64,000 nucleotides of DNA from an uncultured Lentisphaerales bacterium (GCA_943788985.1 CALSSJ010000018.1:32001-96000); one strand, 5' to 3'. Positions 1-11,361 are shown, numbered from the stretch's first letter. The notes: a model not told the origin generated them from the letters alone. Made by a program: numbers and translations.

Positions 1-743
1 AATTCGAAAAGTCGAAACTTGGGTTTCACCTGCGGGTAGCCCTTGGCGGTCAACAGGGAGCGGTACTTCCGGTAGATGCCGGGCACCTCTCCCAGAAAGT
101 AGTGAAAGGTCGCCGGCTCGGCCGCGTTGACGCTCATGGTATAGCCATCGGGCCCCAGAGTCACCTTTGGGTTCTTGCCATCAAGCACCACACCGGCCAG
201 TTGATTGTGGGGAAAGATGACAAACGAGCTTTGCCAGCGCTCCGAACCGCCATTGTTGAGTAGTTTGTATGTCCTTGCCTTGTCGCGAACAAGGTTCAGT
301 TGCCCACTCCAGCCGCCTGCATCACCAAGGCCATAGGCGACCGACATGCCGCCTAGGCTCAACGCGATCGTGCACGCGTCCTTCTTTTCCGGGACCACCG
401 TGATGGCTACGAGCCCCGAGGAAGCCTCGACAGAGACCTCAGCCTTCAGGCCGGTCTCCGTTGCCACCACATAGATGCCAGGACGGCCGGGATTCACCTT
501 AGTGGAAACCACAGCCTGGCCGTCTATCCGCAGGCCTGTTTGCGTATGCATGGGGGCCAGCGCCTTGCCGCTGGCATCGGCGAATCCAAAGCGAAACCCG
601 TCCAAGGCAAGTTTCATCTGGTTCTTGCCAATCAGAACAGCCGCCGTGTCTGCGCTAGCTGATGAGGCAGTGAGCAGAGTTGCAATTAGCATCAATCGGA
701 AAATGCTTCGATGAGACGGCCATTGTGGGGCATTATACGGCAT
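1..743 (-). CDS. Secreted glycoside hydrolase, probably GH31; N-terminal part only, runs off the window
   Basis: Not in the ORF track. Hand translation from ATG 743 (GGAGA upstream) gives MPYNAPQW..LMLIATLLTASSASA|DTAAV...AYGLGD...KPKFRLFE. It has a signal peptide and stays open to the window edge. Confidence 0.55.
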   Translation of the reverse strand, partial: MPYNAPQWPSHRSIFRLMLIATLLTASSASADTAAVLIGKNQMKLALDGFRFGFADASGKALAPMHTQTGLRIDGQAVVSTKVNPGRPGIYVVATETGLKAEVSVEASSGLVAITVVPEKKDACTIALSLGGMSVAYGLGDAGGWSGQLNLVRDKARTYKLLNNGGSERWQSSFVIFPHNQLAGVVLDGKNPKVTLGPDGYTMSVNAAEPATFHYFLGEVPGIYRKYRSLLTAKGYPQVKPKFRLFE

Positions 744-1045
744 ATTGTATCTCCGGTTTCTCTGTTGAGACGGCGGCGTAATAGGGCAAGGATACGGTGC
801 CGATCCGTCCTCCGCAGGCAAAGTGCCATACTTGTATTGCTCTCTCAAAAACTTACACTTTTCCATCTAATACCGAGCGTCAAAAACGGGCGCCACGAAA
901 CGGGAGAGCACTATGCCGAGTATGGCCACTGCCGCCATCTGACGTCTGATCTCCGCGCCAATGAAGTCGCGACCGAACACCGCCTTGTCCATTTATCGGA
1001 TGCGCCCCAAGGCGATGATTCCCATACTTCAGGAATGGCCTGTGT

Positions 1046-1921
1046 TCAGTCTGGCGAAGGTGCTTTCGGTACCGGGTGAAGGCTGATAGCAGCCAAGATC
1101 TCGGCCGGGACATTTGTCGTAATCGACTTCGTGCCCATTCTCTGAAAGCGTTGCGCCGTCTTCCCGTTATCGACAGTCCAGACATGATGCTCGATCCCCT
1201 TAGCTGCCAAACGGCTGATGAAACCGGCATCCGCTAGGTTCTTGCCGGAACTGAGCCCGTCGGCCTTGATCTCAGATAGCGTTTCAAGAACCGCATCATA
1301 TGCCGGGCTAACTTCTCCTGCCTTGTCGGTTTTGAACCCCACCAGCCAACTCGTCTCGTAGTGTGGCACTACCGCCTTCAGCGCCTTGAGCACAGTCTGC
1401 TGGAAAGAGATCACCAAGATTTGCTCATCGCCCAGCCCAGATTTCTCAAACTCCGCCAGCAGGCCCGGAATGATTTCAGGGCCACACTTGATTTCTATGT
1501 AGATTTTCTTTCCTGGCGGTATCATCGAGAGCACCTCGGCCAGCGTCGGAATGCGAGTGCCCGTGAATTTCGGGCCTCGCCAGGCGCCAGCATCCAGCTC
1601 GCGCAGTTCGCTTAACGTTGAATCTGCAACGACCAGAGCCTTGTCAGTGGTCCTCTTTGTCGTGGCGTCGTGGATGCAGACAACCTGCCCATCTTTGGTC
1701 AGATGAAAATCGCCTTCAATCGCATCCGCGCCCTGTTTCCAGGCGAGCTCAAATGCAGGCAATGTGTTCTCGGGTGCCTGCTTTGATGCCCCGCGATGGG
1801 CAACGACCCAAGCCCTCTCTGTCGGATCAATCTTCATCGTATTCCCCCCAAAAGCTGTTCCTGACAATATTACCGTGATTAGCACCAACAAGAGGGTTCT
1901 TGCCGAAACCGACAGCCTCAT
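1046..1921 (-). CDS. Glycerophosphodiester phosphodiesterase (GDPD family)
   Basis: Motifs AHRGAS..APENTLPAF, IEGDFHLTKDG..VCIHD, IYIEIK and HVWTVD. Likely start is MRLSVSART, with a signal peptide. Confidence 0.9.
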   Translation of the reverse strand: MRLSVSARTLLLVLITVILSGTAFGGNTMKIDPTERAWVVAHRGASKQAPENTLPAFELAWKQGADAIEGDFHLTKDGQVVCIHDATTKRTTDKALVVADSTLSELRELDAGAWRGPKFTGTRIPTLAEVLSMIPPGKKIYIEIKCGPEIIPGLLAEFEKSGLGDEQILVISFQQTVLKALKAVVPHYETSWLVGFKTDKAGEVSPAYDAVLETLSEIKADGLSSGKNLADAGFISRLAAKGIEHHVWTVDNGKTAQRFQRMGTKSITTNVPAEILAAISLHPVPKAPSPD

Positions 1922-2511
1922 GTGAAAATTAAAACAGCGCATCCGCAGGCGAGAGCCTGCATCCGGGGTGCCCCTTCCTTGCCGAAAGCGATTTGGCCGC
2001 CGAGGCTGGCGCCGTTGACATAGGATCTCAGCAGCGCGATTAGGGCCGACATCATATCGCTCGCACGGTAGGCTCATGATTGTGTCTCAGGTAGTTTAGA
2101 TGGCGGAACCAGGGGAGGGCGTTGTCGACGCAGGTGTGAACGTCAGCCGGACTCACGCACCTCTGCCAGCCAAATCAGAGTAATTACTGCGATAGCATAT
2201 CGGGAGCAAACTGCCATACAAGGCTGAACCTTGCAAAAGCAGTTGAACCAGGAATGGCGACTCTATGCCAGAACTGGGAGCGCTGGCAGCCACCGGCATC
2301 TTCTCTTGTCTCCACCGAATATGGGAGCAGCGGGTAGGGGACGTGCCCGCTGAACACGCGCCCCACGCGAAAGGTGCCACCAGCTTGACTTCGGGCGATT
2401 AGGCAGCACCCTACCGCCGCTCACCGCATCAATTCCATCCCCCCTTGGTGGCGACGTCCGAGTTCAACGACAATCATGACTCGACTCCCCCTTGCTTGAG
2501 GAAAAAAAAAC

Positions 2512-3609
2512 ATGTCTGATCTAGCCCTATTGCAGCCGATCGTAATCGGCCCTTACACCCTGAACAACCGCTTGGCGCTGGCACCAATGACCCGCGCCCG
2601 TTCAGGTGCCGACCGCATTCCCACTGCCTTAATGGCCGAGTATTACCGGCAGCGGGCATCCGCAGGCTTAGTGATTTCCGAAGCCACCGTGGTGTCGGAG
2701 CAGGGGATTGGCTGGAGTGAATCGCCGGGCATCTATACCGATGCGATGACCGAGGGCTGGAAGGCCACGACCCAGGCCGTGCACGATGCCGGCGGACGCA
2801 TTTTTCTGCAGCTCTGGCACTGCGGGCGGACCTCACATTCAGATTTCCACAACGGCGAACTGCCGGTATCCGCTTCGGCAGTAATACTCAACGGCGACCA
2901 GATCCACACGCCGCTGGGCAAAAAGGATTACGAGGTGCCCCGCGCCCTGGAAACCAATGAACTGCCGGGCATTGTCGAAGACTACCGCCGGGCCACCGAA
3001 CGCGCTCTGGAGGCTGGTTTTGACGGGGTTGAAGTCCATGCGGCTAACGGCTACCTGTTGAACCAGTTTCTGGACGGCCGGAGCAATCAGCGCACGGATA
3101 AATACGGGGGCTCGGTCGAAAACCGGTTCCGTCTACTGCGCGAAGTGGTACGTGCGGTCACGTCGGTGATGCCCGCCAACCAAGTGTCGGTCCGCCTCTC
3201 TCCCAACGGCGTGTTCAACGACATGGGCTGGCCTGAATGCCGGGAACAGTTTCTCTATGCCGCGCGAGAACTAGATGCCTTCGGCCTGGCGTTTCTGCAT
3301 CTCATGGACGGGCTGGCATTCGGATTCCACGAGCAGTGCGAGCCCATGACCCTGGCAGATTTTCGCGAGGTGTATACCGGTCCCTTAATGGGAAACTGCG
3401 GCTACGACAAAGAGCACACCGAGGCAGCGATCGCTTCCGGCGCCGCGGATATGATTGCGATTGGTCGCCCCTACCTCAGCAATCCCGACCTAGTGGACCG
3501 CTGGGCCAACGGCTGGCCGGAAGCCCCCCTGCCAGACATGGCCGCCTGGTACACCCCCGCAGGCGCCGAGGGCTATACGGATCATCCGGCCTATCAGCCC
3601 GTGGAATAA
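2512..3609 (+). CDS. nemA: Old yellow enzyme / NADH:flavin oxidoreductase (NemA/XenB-like alkene reductase)
   Basis: Motifs LAPMTRAR, QLWHCGR, GFDGVEVHAANGYLLNQF, NQRTDKYGGSVENR and GYTDHP. Confidence 0.9.
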   Translation: MSDLALLQPIVIGPYTLNNRLALAPMTRARSGADRIPTALMAEYYRQRASAGLVISEATVVSEQGIGWSESPGIYTDAMTEGWKATTQAVHDAGGRIFLQLWHCGRTSHSDFHNGELPVSASAVILNGDQIHTPLGKKDYEVPRALETNELPGIVEDYRRATERALEAGFDGVEVHAANGYLLNQFLDGRSNQRTDKYGGSVENRFRLLREVVRAVTSVMPANQVSVRLSPNGVFNDMGWPECREQFLYAARELDAFGLAFLHLMDGLAFGFHEQCEPMTLADFREVYTGPLMGNCGYDKEHTEAAIASGAADMIAIGRPYLSNPDLVDRWANGWPEAPLPDMAAWYTPAGAEGYTDHPAYQPVE

Positions 3610-3789
3610 GGAGCGTGTCTCGCAGGAGCGGCAGTCCTGCCCTTACGTTCCTTGAGAGCTACTTCATCCTTTTCTAAGGTGGATGCCCATCCCCCATTGG
3701 CCCGGGCCACAATGCCTGGCAGTGACAAATCGCAAAGTAGGCGATTCTCCCTCGAACGCCGCCATCACCCGCCGAGGTACGAGGTTAAG

Positions 3790-5087
3790 TGCATCCGTCA
3801 CCACGAGCGCGTCGGTTTCTTTCGGCCCGTGATACGCAAGGCTGTTGCTGCTTTTCTGGGTTGCGGCTACCTGCGGGGAGGCTTCGCGCGGGTGCCAATA
3901 AAGCTGTACGCTCGTCACCGCGGCCAATGTCAGAGGGCAATATGGCGGTTTCCGTCCCGCACCTACAGTTCGTCTTCACCATACCGAAACGGTGCCGTGC
4001 CTACTTTCGCTACGCCCGGGATCTACTCAAGCATCTCCCTGCTCTCGCTTGGGAGACAGTGCGCGACGTCTACCGTGCCGCCCTTGATCGCGACGACGTT
4101 GTGCCGGGCATCGTCGGCGCCCCTCAGACGTTTGGCGATCTGATCAACCGGCAGCCGCACGTCCACGCGCTCACCACTGAGGGAGCCTTTGCCAAGTACG
4201 GCCCCTCCCTGCCAATGCCCGATGATCTTACCGCCGAGCCGTTTCTTAAGCTCTGGGAGCAAAAATTTGTTGCGCTTTCCCGGGCAGAGGCCCGTGGTGC
4301 TGAAAAGGAGTCGAACACATGCGAAAATAGAAACACTCTAGCTTAATTATCGACAGCCGACCGCAGAGGACGGCCTTGCCCACCAGAGGGAGCGAACGCG
4401 AACGTCAACGCGTCTACCTATCAGCCTGTGATCAGGCTGCCATTCAAAGGTTGCTCCAGTATATGCTGCGATGCCGGTTCAGCCTGAAGCGCATGATTCA
4501 GACCCCGCCGAATGGCAATGTCGCCCATTGAGAAGCGCGCGAGGAGTGTGTCGCCTTCCGACCCGTGATCATACTCAGTTCCGCCGTGGCGTGTCACATA
4601 ACTTCGAGATTTTTGAGCCGCCGGACTTTATTGCCGAGGCCACGCAACATATTCCAGAGCACGGTGCGCAGACGGCAGGATACTATGGCTGGTATTGGAA
4701 CAAGGCTCGCGGCAGGCATGCCAAGGCTGCAGAAGCGACAAAGGCACAGCAGTCCGTGGGTATCGAGCCCCCCACCACCGCTGAGAGCGATACTCCCTAT
4801 CGCAAATTATGCCGTATGCGCTGGTCGGGGGCCCGAAATGTGGCCGTACCATAGCCATCCTATCGGTCATAGAGCAAGAGGACCAGACCGATGGTATTGA
4901 GCGATTGCCGCCGCCTACGGTCGCTCCCGTCGCTACGGGCGGGCTCTCGCTGCGCTCGGGGCTCAAACACTGTCAACTTTGGAACGGCTATCCAGCGAGG
5001 GCCCCGCCCAAGCCAGCCGCCACTGGTGAATTTGAGCTGAAAGTCGGGTATACGGAATTGCCCCCGACTGTCTCCGCTTTGCTCTAG
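3790..5087 (+). mobile_element. Degenerate IS91-family (rolling-circle HUH) transposase pseudogene
   Basis: Fragments in different frames: FLGCGYLRGGFARV (Zn-finger start, truncated), PHLQFVFTIPKR, PHVHALTTEG (HUH), QHIP...YYGWY.NKARG and LKHCQLW...RAPP. Confidence 0.8.
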
Positions 5088-5276
5088 TTCGACGAGTTTC
5101 TCTTGGGATTCTGAAAGTACCCGTGAGGAAGACGCTACCTCGATACTCGATTCGGCGTATCCCGTTCGCTCAACGCTTGTCAGTGGCCAATATCGGTGGA
5201 CACCCTCCCTTCCGCCTTGCATCGTTTCCGCCCCGTTTCCCTGGACGGCGCCCCCTGTCAGGCCGTCCTTGTAAAA

Positions 5277-5299
5277 GCGTTAAAAGAAATTTCCCATCA
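5277..5299 (+). mobile_element. Putative oriIS end of the IS91-like element
   Basis: GCGTTAAAAGAAATTTCCCATCA lies ~190 bp after the transposase remnant. It resembles the GAAxTTCCTATx oriIS termini of IS91/ISCR elements. Confidence 0.4.
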
Positions 5300-5323
5300 G
5301 CTACCGAAATTGAATTTAAAATT

Positions 5324-5351
5324 TTGCAAATTGGGACAGCCGTGCTATAGC
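5324..5351 (+). promoter_or_regulatory. Putative sigma70-type promoter for the metallopeptidase
   Basis: TTGCAA-16 nt-TATAGC with a TG extended -10 and an AT-rich upstream tract. AAGGA precedes ATG 5397. Confidence 0.35.
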
Positions 5352-5396
5352 TGACGCTGCGCGCATGTGCCATTCACTATTTAAGGAACTACGTCC

Positions 5397-7871
5397 ATGG
5401 ATTCCACCCTCTGTCGCCCGTTGCGAAGCCGCTTTCTCCAATCCCTTGCCTGGATCGCCCTGCTCTCCATGGCGGCGGTGCCGTTGCTTACTGCGGCACC
5501 CCGTGCAAACCCGGTCTCCCAGCTTGCGGCGGATGCCAACCGGGCCTTCGGACTTACGCACAGTGCGGTGATGCGGCTTTCCGTCGGGGCCAAGCCCGGC
5601 GAAGAATTCAGCGTGACCGTCCCGCTCAATGGCGGTACTGCCGTGGTTGACCTCATCCCCCAGCCGATCCGGTCCGAGCAATTCCAGCTCCTAGCCCAGA
5701 ATGCAGCCGGCGAATTGACCCCCATCGAACCCGGCCCTATTACCACCTACCGAGGGATAGTGCGCGGCCGGTCGGGCGCCTCGGCGGCGGCCTCTCTCCT
5801 CAGCGACGGGATTCACCTGCGTGTGGTGGACGGAGAGCATGAAACTTGGATGGAACCACTGGCTGGACGTGTGCCCGGCGCGGCACGGGGCCACCATGTG
5901 GTGTACAACGGCGCCCATGTGGTGCCCGATGGGAGGGGCTGCCTCGCACTGGCCGCGGCTGAAATCGCCGGGGCCGCTGCCGGAGGGCAGAGTGGTGACG
6001 GCGAACCGTCCCCCGTTGCCGCCGGCGCCCTGAAAATCGCCGAACTTGCCTGCGATGCGGATGTCGAATACTTTCTCGACTACGGCTCGGTGAGCGAAGC
6101 CCAAGCGAGGATTGAAAGCGTGATCAACTCCGTGAACATCCAGTACGAGCGGGATGTCGGAATCAGCCACCTGATCACGACCATCCTGGTCCGGACCTCC
6201 GAGTCCGATCCCTACTCTTCCACCGATGCGGAAACCCTGCTGAACCAGTTCCGCAACCACTGGAGTGCCAACCACGGCAATATCAGCCGCGATGTGGCAC
6301 AACTTTTCACCGGCAAGGAAATTGATTCTAGCACCATCGGTATCGCGTGGCTGAATGCCGTCTGCACGTCCTACGGCTACGGAATGGTGCAGTCGGATTT
6401 TAACAACAACTTCAGCTGCGCGACTGACTTGTCCGCGCACGAACTCGGACACAACTGGGGGGCTGGCCATTGCAGCTGCACGTCCTACACCATGAACCCC
6501 TCCATCACCTGCGCGAATGCCTTTAACCCGGTGGGCACGATTCCGGACATCATTGCTTTCCGGGACAGCCGGACCTGCCTGGACGACGCCGCGGTTGATC
6601 CGCCGGTCGCACCCAGCGGTCTGACCGCAGTCACCGCCTCTTTTGCACAGATCAATCTCGCGTGGGTCGATCAGGCAAATAACGAAGCCGGTTTTGACGT
6701 GGAACGTTCAACCGCCCAGTCGCCCTGGACCTTGGCCGCCTCCCTAGGAGCAGGCGCGACCAGCTATTCCGACATCGGCCTTGCCGCCGGCACCCTCTAT
6801 GAGTACCGCGTCAGTGCCTTCAACAGCGCGGGAAGCTCCGGCTACGCAACGGTCTCGGCGACCACCGAGGATGCACCGGACTTCATTGACCAGTGTGCGG
6901 TCGGTGAGTTCTTCGGTTCGGGCAGTATCTCCGGATCGTACCTGGACAGCTGTGCTGATGACGCCATGGTCGAAGCCATAACGGAAGTGGTTTCCAACGG
7001 CAAACCCAGCCGCCGCCACAGCACGCTGGAGCACATTTGGGAATTTAACGTTCAGGCCGGGTCAGCCGTTACCGTGCTGGCCCATGCCTATGGAGGATCT
7101 GCCTCAGATAATTTTATCTTCGAAGCCTCGACAGATAGCGGAATCACCTACAGCAGTCTGTTCACCGCACCGGTAGCCGATGACGGGCAGCTTCTTTCCG
7201 CCCAGCTTCCGCCCACCGCGTCCGGATCGGTACTGATCCGGGTCATTGACAGCGACGGCAGTGCTGGAGAACTCGGGCTCGACACGGTTGAAGTTGATCT
7301 GCTGCTCATCCGGACCTACCTGGCCGCAGGAGCTCCCCCGGCGGCACCAAGCGGCCTGATCGCAGACCCGGTCTCGGCCGGCCAAGTGACCCTGACTTGG
7401 GCCGATGAGTCCGACAATGAATTCGGCTTTGAGATTGAGCGCAGCGTGAACGGCGGAACGACCTGGGAGTTGCTAGACATAGCTGGTCCGGATTCCTCGA
7501 GCTACGACGATTTCGATGTGGCCGCACTCACGACCTACACCTACCGGATTTGGGCCTACAACAGCGCCGGCGATTCTGCCTTTGACGGTCCGGTCTCCGC
7601 GACCACACCGGACGGCCCTGCGGGCATCAGCCTAGACAGCGCGGTGGGGTACAAAGTCAAAGGGGTGCACTACGCAGACCTTACTTGGTCGGGCGCCCAG
7701 GGCGAAACGGTGCTAATCGTTCGCGACGGCGATGACCCGGCTGAAATCTCCGTACTCAACACCGGCGCCCATACCGACAACATCGGCAATAAGGGGGCGG
7801 GCAGTTATACCTACCGGGTGTGCGAGCCGGATGCGAGCGGATGCTCCACAGTACTCCCCGTTGCGTTCTGA
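5397..7871 (+). CDS. Secreted M12B/reprolysin-like zinc metallopeptidase with fibronectin type III domains
   Basis: Signal peptide, prodomain, HELGHNWGAGH (HExxHxxGxxH) and Met-turn YTMNP. Two FN3 repeats (APSGL..W.D...NE.GF..ERS...Y.YR..A.N.AG.S). Confidence 0.9.
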   Translation: MDSTLCRPLRSRFLQSLAWIALLSMAAVPLLTAAPRANPVSQLAADANRAFGLTHSAVMRLSVGAKPGEEFSVTVPLNGGTAVVDLIPQPIRSEQFQLLAQNAAGELTPIEPGPITTYRGIVRGRSGASAAASLLSDGIHLRVVDGEHETWMEPLAGRVPGAARGHHVVYNGAHVVPDGRGCLALAAAEIAGAAAGGQSGDGEPSPVAAGALKIAELACDADVEYFLDYGSVSEAQARIESVINSVNIQYERDVGISHLITTILVRTSESDPYSSTDAETLLNQFRNHWSANHGNISRDVAQLFTGKEIDSSTIGIAWLNAVCTSYGYGMVQSDFNNNFSCATDLSAHELGHNWGAGHCSCTSYTMNPSITCANAFNPVGTIPDIIAFRDSRTCLDDAAVDPPVAPSGLTAVTASFAQINLAWVDQANNEAGFDVERSTAQSPWTLAASLGAGATSYSDIGLAAGTLYEYRVSAFNSAGSSGYATVSATTEDAPDFIDQCAVGEFFGSGSISGSYLDSCADDAMVEAITEVVSNGKPSRRHSTLEHIWEFNVQAGSAVTVLAHAYGGSASDNFIFEASTDSGITYSSLFTAPVADDGQLLSAQLPPTASGSVLIRVIDSDGSAGELGLDTVEVDLLLIRTYLAAGAPPAAPSGLIADPVSAGQVTLTWADESDNEFGFEIERSVNGGTTWELLDIAGPDSSSYDDFDVAALTTYTYRIWAYNSAGDSAFDGPVSATTPDGPAGISLDSAVGYKVKGVHYADLTWSGAQGETVLIVRDGDDPAEISVLNTGAHTDNIGNKGAGSYTYRVCEPDASGCSTVLPVAF

Positions 7872-8051
7872 TCCCGAAGCCAGGGTTTTCGCTTCGCCTC
7901 ATTATCTGGGATCCCGTACCGAGTATCCCTCCGCGACTGCTTCGGCCTGGCATACATGGTGCAGGCCAAACTTTCCTTCAACACAGCCCAGACCAAACCT
8001 CAGCGCGCAGGCGCCCGGTTTGTTAAGGGTTTCTCGTGGCGTTTTTTTTAA

Positions 8052-8522
8052 GTAGAGTCCTGCCCTCTTTGAGTTGCTTCTTGGACGCCTTCTTTTTCGG
8101 ATTCTTCAACCAGCTTGAGTCGGTCGTCGCCTTGGAGCTTGGACCGTAACTGGCGGATTCCCAGTCACCGGTTTTAACTTTGATCCGCTTAGACGTCATA
8201 AGAGGGACCGTGTGATCGCTCAGCCCAACACCGAATGTGGTCCCCGGGAAGCCTGGTACTCGGAGCTGAGCCGGTAGATGGTAGCCTCCGTGAGCTCCAC
8301 CTGTTAACTCAGTCCCATAGATCGCGGGTTTGGACCAGTCTATTTGGTCAGATGTACGCCTCCGTCTTTGATCCGGGCCCCAGTTGTGACTCCGTAGTGC
8401 GGGATCCGACCCAGAAACCAGCGGTTGATGCCCTGGGAAAAATCTTCGTTTTCCAACAGTTCAGTCAGTTCGGTGGTGTTCAGGCTTATGGGGGCAAGCA
8501 GGGTGAAAAAGATCCGTTTCAT
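8052..8522 (-). pseudogene. Decayed secreted protein with a carbohydrate-binding-module-like start
   Basis: MKRIFFTLLA..ELLENEDFSQGINRW is followed by multiple stop codons. Confidence 0.3.
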
Positions 8523-9055
8523 AAGTGCTCTCTCAATATTTTGGGGGTAGGCAGGGTTAAAACACGGGCGGAATCATATCCATTGACACGGGAGGGGGAG
8601 GTTTTGCCCTCGCTGGGCATTTTTACCACCCAGCGTTCGTCCAGGCCTCCGCCGGAGGGTCAGAACTATGGCGGGCACAGCAAAGGACAAAGGAGCAAAA
8701 GGAAAATGGGAAGATTTTCGGGTCCACAACGAGCGCAGAGATCGCAGAGATTTTTATTGGGGGGCTTGCGCCCTGTGCGAACTTCGGTGTCTAGGTCAGG
8801 CGGCTGCAGTGGTTTCTAGGCTGGGGGGATTTTTATCCGCAAGGAGGAGTTGGGGGATACAAGGTTCGGTGTGTGGGAGCGCGCCTGTGGCGCGATAAGT
8901 GTGGGACTTGTCCGCTTAATTTTAATCGAGTTTGCCAAAAATAATTGAACTTGCCGGCTGGTTCGCTTTTTTCCTTTGGTGAACCCGGCTATTCATAGCC
9001 ACTACTTAGGGAAAGTTTGGGGAGTTTATTGCAAGAAGGTACTGCTTTCTCGTAG

Positions 9056-9497
9056 TCATCGAATGATAACCTCAAATACCTTTCGCGTCTCGGCTATTTT
9101 TTTACTCTCAAAGTTAACTTCCTCCCTTTTGCCACTGAACGAATGCCCCGCATATCTTCCTTCTATCGAGCCGGACGAGCCGGAAGTCTTGAAGTGCCAC
9201 TTGGGATAGTCGGTTCTATCACTGAAATATTCAGGATCAAAAAAGAATGCGGCACTTTCTTCTTTCTTGCCCGGTGAATAGCGGACTGTGCCATCGATCT
9301 TGATGGTGAGCTTCCCATCCCATTCTCGAATGGTTGTTGCCCGGAATGTCACGACCTTGTTGTCTTTAATGGTGCCACCGAGAGATCATGTGTAAGCGCC
9401 CAAATCTTAAGGAGCGGCGCAGTCAGCCACTTTCACCTGCTGAGCTAAGGAGTACTGGCAAAGTATTGAGCATGCAATTGTGAGCGGGATTTTATCA
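9056..9497 (-). pseudogene. Cassette-like hypothetical secreted protein, with a frameshift and an internal stop
   Basis: AAGGA RBS and ATG ~20 bp after the GTT of the attC-like site at 9518-9573. The reading frame continues into ORF 9056..9352. Confidence 0.4.
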
Positions 9498-9517
9498 TCT
9501 TCGTTCCTTTTCGTGGT

Positions 9518-9573
9518 CGCGAACGGTCAGTTCAACCTGCGGCGATACGTCATGCTGGAGCGCCTGGTTGGGG
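9518..9573 (-). mobile_element. attC-like site (degenerate)
   Basis: Minus strand: CCCCAAC-CAGGC-GCTCCAGC...GTTGAAC-TGACC-GTTCGCG. The R''/L''/L'/R' spacing is correct, with two L-box mismatches. Confidence 0.5.
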
Positions 9574-9849
9574 CTGCGGTATGCGGGGACGGTCGAGGTG
9601 AGCTGCGGAGTCCGCAAGGTCACAACTGGCTTAGAGATGATCGGCTTCGAATGGTTCTTGTTTTCAGGGGGATTGAATAGATTGGCTACTGCTGCTGTAT
9701 TGCTAGTGATGAGGTGCCGAATGGCAATGCGCCTGGTTGCGGTGATTCCCGATGTCGAGGTGAGATATGGTTTGGCGTAACATCAATCCGGGGGCAAGTT
9801 AGGGCCGCGCCCGGGGCCGCGAAATTTACGATAACGGGAAATTGACTTT

Positions 9850-11361
9850 ATGTATCGAATCATTACAGCCGCAGTTCTTTTTCTGGCGGCCTTTACCGTC
9901 ACGGCCGCCGACACCCCCAACGTCATCGTTGTTCTTGCCGATGACCTGGGCATTGGCGACATCTCGCCGACCAATACCGAGTGCAAGATCAAGACGCCGC
10001 ATCTGCAGAAGATGGCGGACGAGGGAATCACCTTTCTCGATGCTCATTCGTCGAGCTCAGTATGCACGCCAACGCGCTATGGCTTGCTGACCGGCCGCTA
10101 CAACTGGCGCTCGCGGCTGGCACGCGGTGTCCTGAGCGGACGCAGCGATCACCTGATTCCCGCCGACCGTGCCACTGTCGCGCACATGCTGAAGGGCGCT
10201 GGCTATCACACACAGATGATCGGCAAATGGCACCTGGGCTGGGACTGGGCCAAGGTAGGCGGCGAGATCGACTTCACGAAGGATGTGAAGAACGGTCCAA
10301 ACATCAACGGGTTCGACGGCTACTACGGGCACTGCGGCTCGCTCGACATGCCGCCGTATGTCTGGGTTGACACGGGCAAGGTCACGGCACAGCCAGATCG
10401 TGAAGAAGGGGTGTCGAAGAGGGAAGATCCCTATGGCTGGTACCGTAAGGGGCCGATCGGCGCCGATTTCCACATCGAGGAGGTTCTGCCGCATCTTTTT
10501 GACAAGTCGATTGCCTATATCAAGGAACGCGCAGCGGAGGCCAAGACGGGCAAGCCGTTTTTTCTCTACCTGCCATTGCCGGCTCCGCATACGCCGATCG
10601 TCCCCCTACCACCATTTAAGGGGGCCAGCGGCATCAATCCCTATGCCGACTTTGTGATGCAGACGGACCACCACATGGGCCAGCTGTTGGCCGCGCTGAA
10701 GGAAGCGGGCGTTGACGACAACACACTGGTGATTTTTACCAGCGACAACGGGTGTTCTCCAGAGGGGAAATTCGCTATACTCAAGGAGAAGGGGCACGAT
10801 CCGAGCGCCGGCTATCGTGGGCATAAGGCAGACATCTACGAAGGCGGCCATCGTGTGCCCTTCGTCGTGCGCTGGCCGCAGGGAATTAAGGCCGGCCAGA
10901 AGACGTCAGCGTTGGCTTGTCTCACCGACATCTATAGCACGCTCGAAGACATCGCGGACCAGCCACGCAAGCCAAGCGGCGGCGAAGACGGCTTTAGTCT
11001 CTTACCTGTTTTCAAGGGAGCTGCAACATCCGGCCGCGAGACCTTGATCAGCCACTCCATCAGTGGTTGCTTCTCGATTCGCCATGGCCAGTGGAAGTTG
11101 TGTTTGTCCGCCGGCAGCGGTGGCTGGAGCGCACCGGGCGAGAAAGACGCTAAGGCAAAGGGGCTACCGCCGCTGCAGCTCTTTGATTTGGGCACCGAAA
11201 AGAGCGAAAGGACCAACCTCGCCGCAACCAATCCTGAGCGCGTAAGCGAGATGGTCCGACTGCTCGACAAGGAGGTCAAGAACGGCCGCTGCACACCGGG
11301 CGACACCGTCAAGAACGACCGCGACGTGACCTTTCTGCCCAAGGGCGTGTCGCTGCCGTAG
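9850..11361 (+). CDS. Arylsulfatase (S1 family), secreted
   Basis: PNVIVVLADDLG, CTPTR (CxPxR), GKWHLG, FTSDNG and YEGGHRVP, plus a signal peptide. Confidence 0.95.
   Translation: MYRIITAAVLFLAAFTVTAADTPNVIVVLADDLGIGDISPTNTECKIKTPHLQKMADEGITFLDAHSSSSVCTPTRYGLLTGRYNWRSRLARGVLSGRSDHLIPADRATVAHMLKGAGYHTQMIGKWHLGWDWAKVGGEIDFTKDVKNGPNINGFDGYYGHCGSLDMPPYVWVDTGKVTAQPDREEGVSKREDPYGWYRKGPIGADFHIEEVLPHLFDKSIAYIKERAAEAKTGKPFFLYLPLPAPHTPIVPLPPFKGASGINPYADFVMQTDHHMGQLLAALKEAGVDDNTLVIFTSDNGCSPEGKFAILKEKGHDPSAGYRGHKADIYEGGHRVPFVVRWPQGIKAGQKTSALACLTDIYSTLEDIADQPRKPSGGEDGFSLLPVFKGAATSGRETLISHSISGCFSIRHGQWKLCLSAGSGGWSAPGEKDAKAKGLPPLQLFDLGTEKSERTNLAATNPERVSEMVRLLDKEVKNGRCTPGDTVKNDRDVTFLPKGVSLP

Noticed and set aside
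8961..8967. Sixth attC (minus strand AGCGAAC-CAGCC)
   Set aside because: Only an R''-like half, with no matching L'/R' arm.
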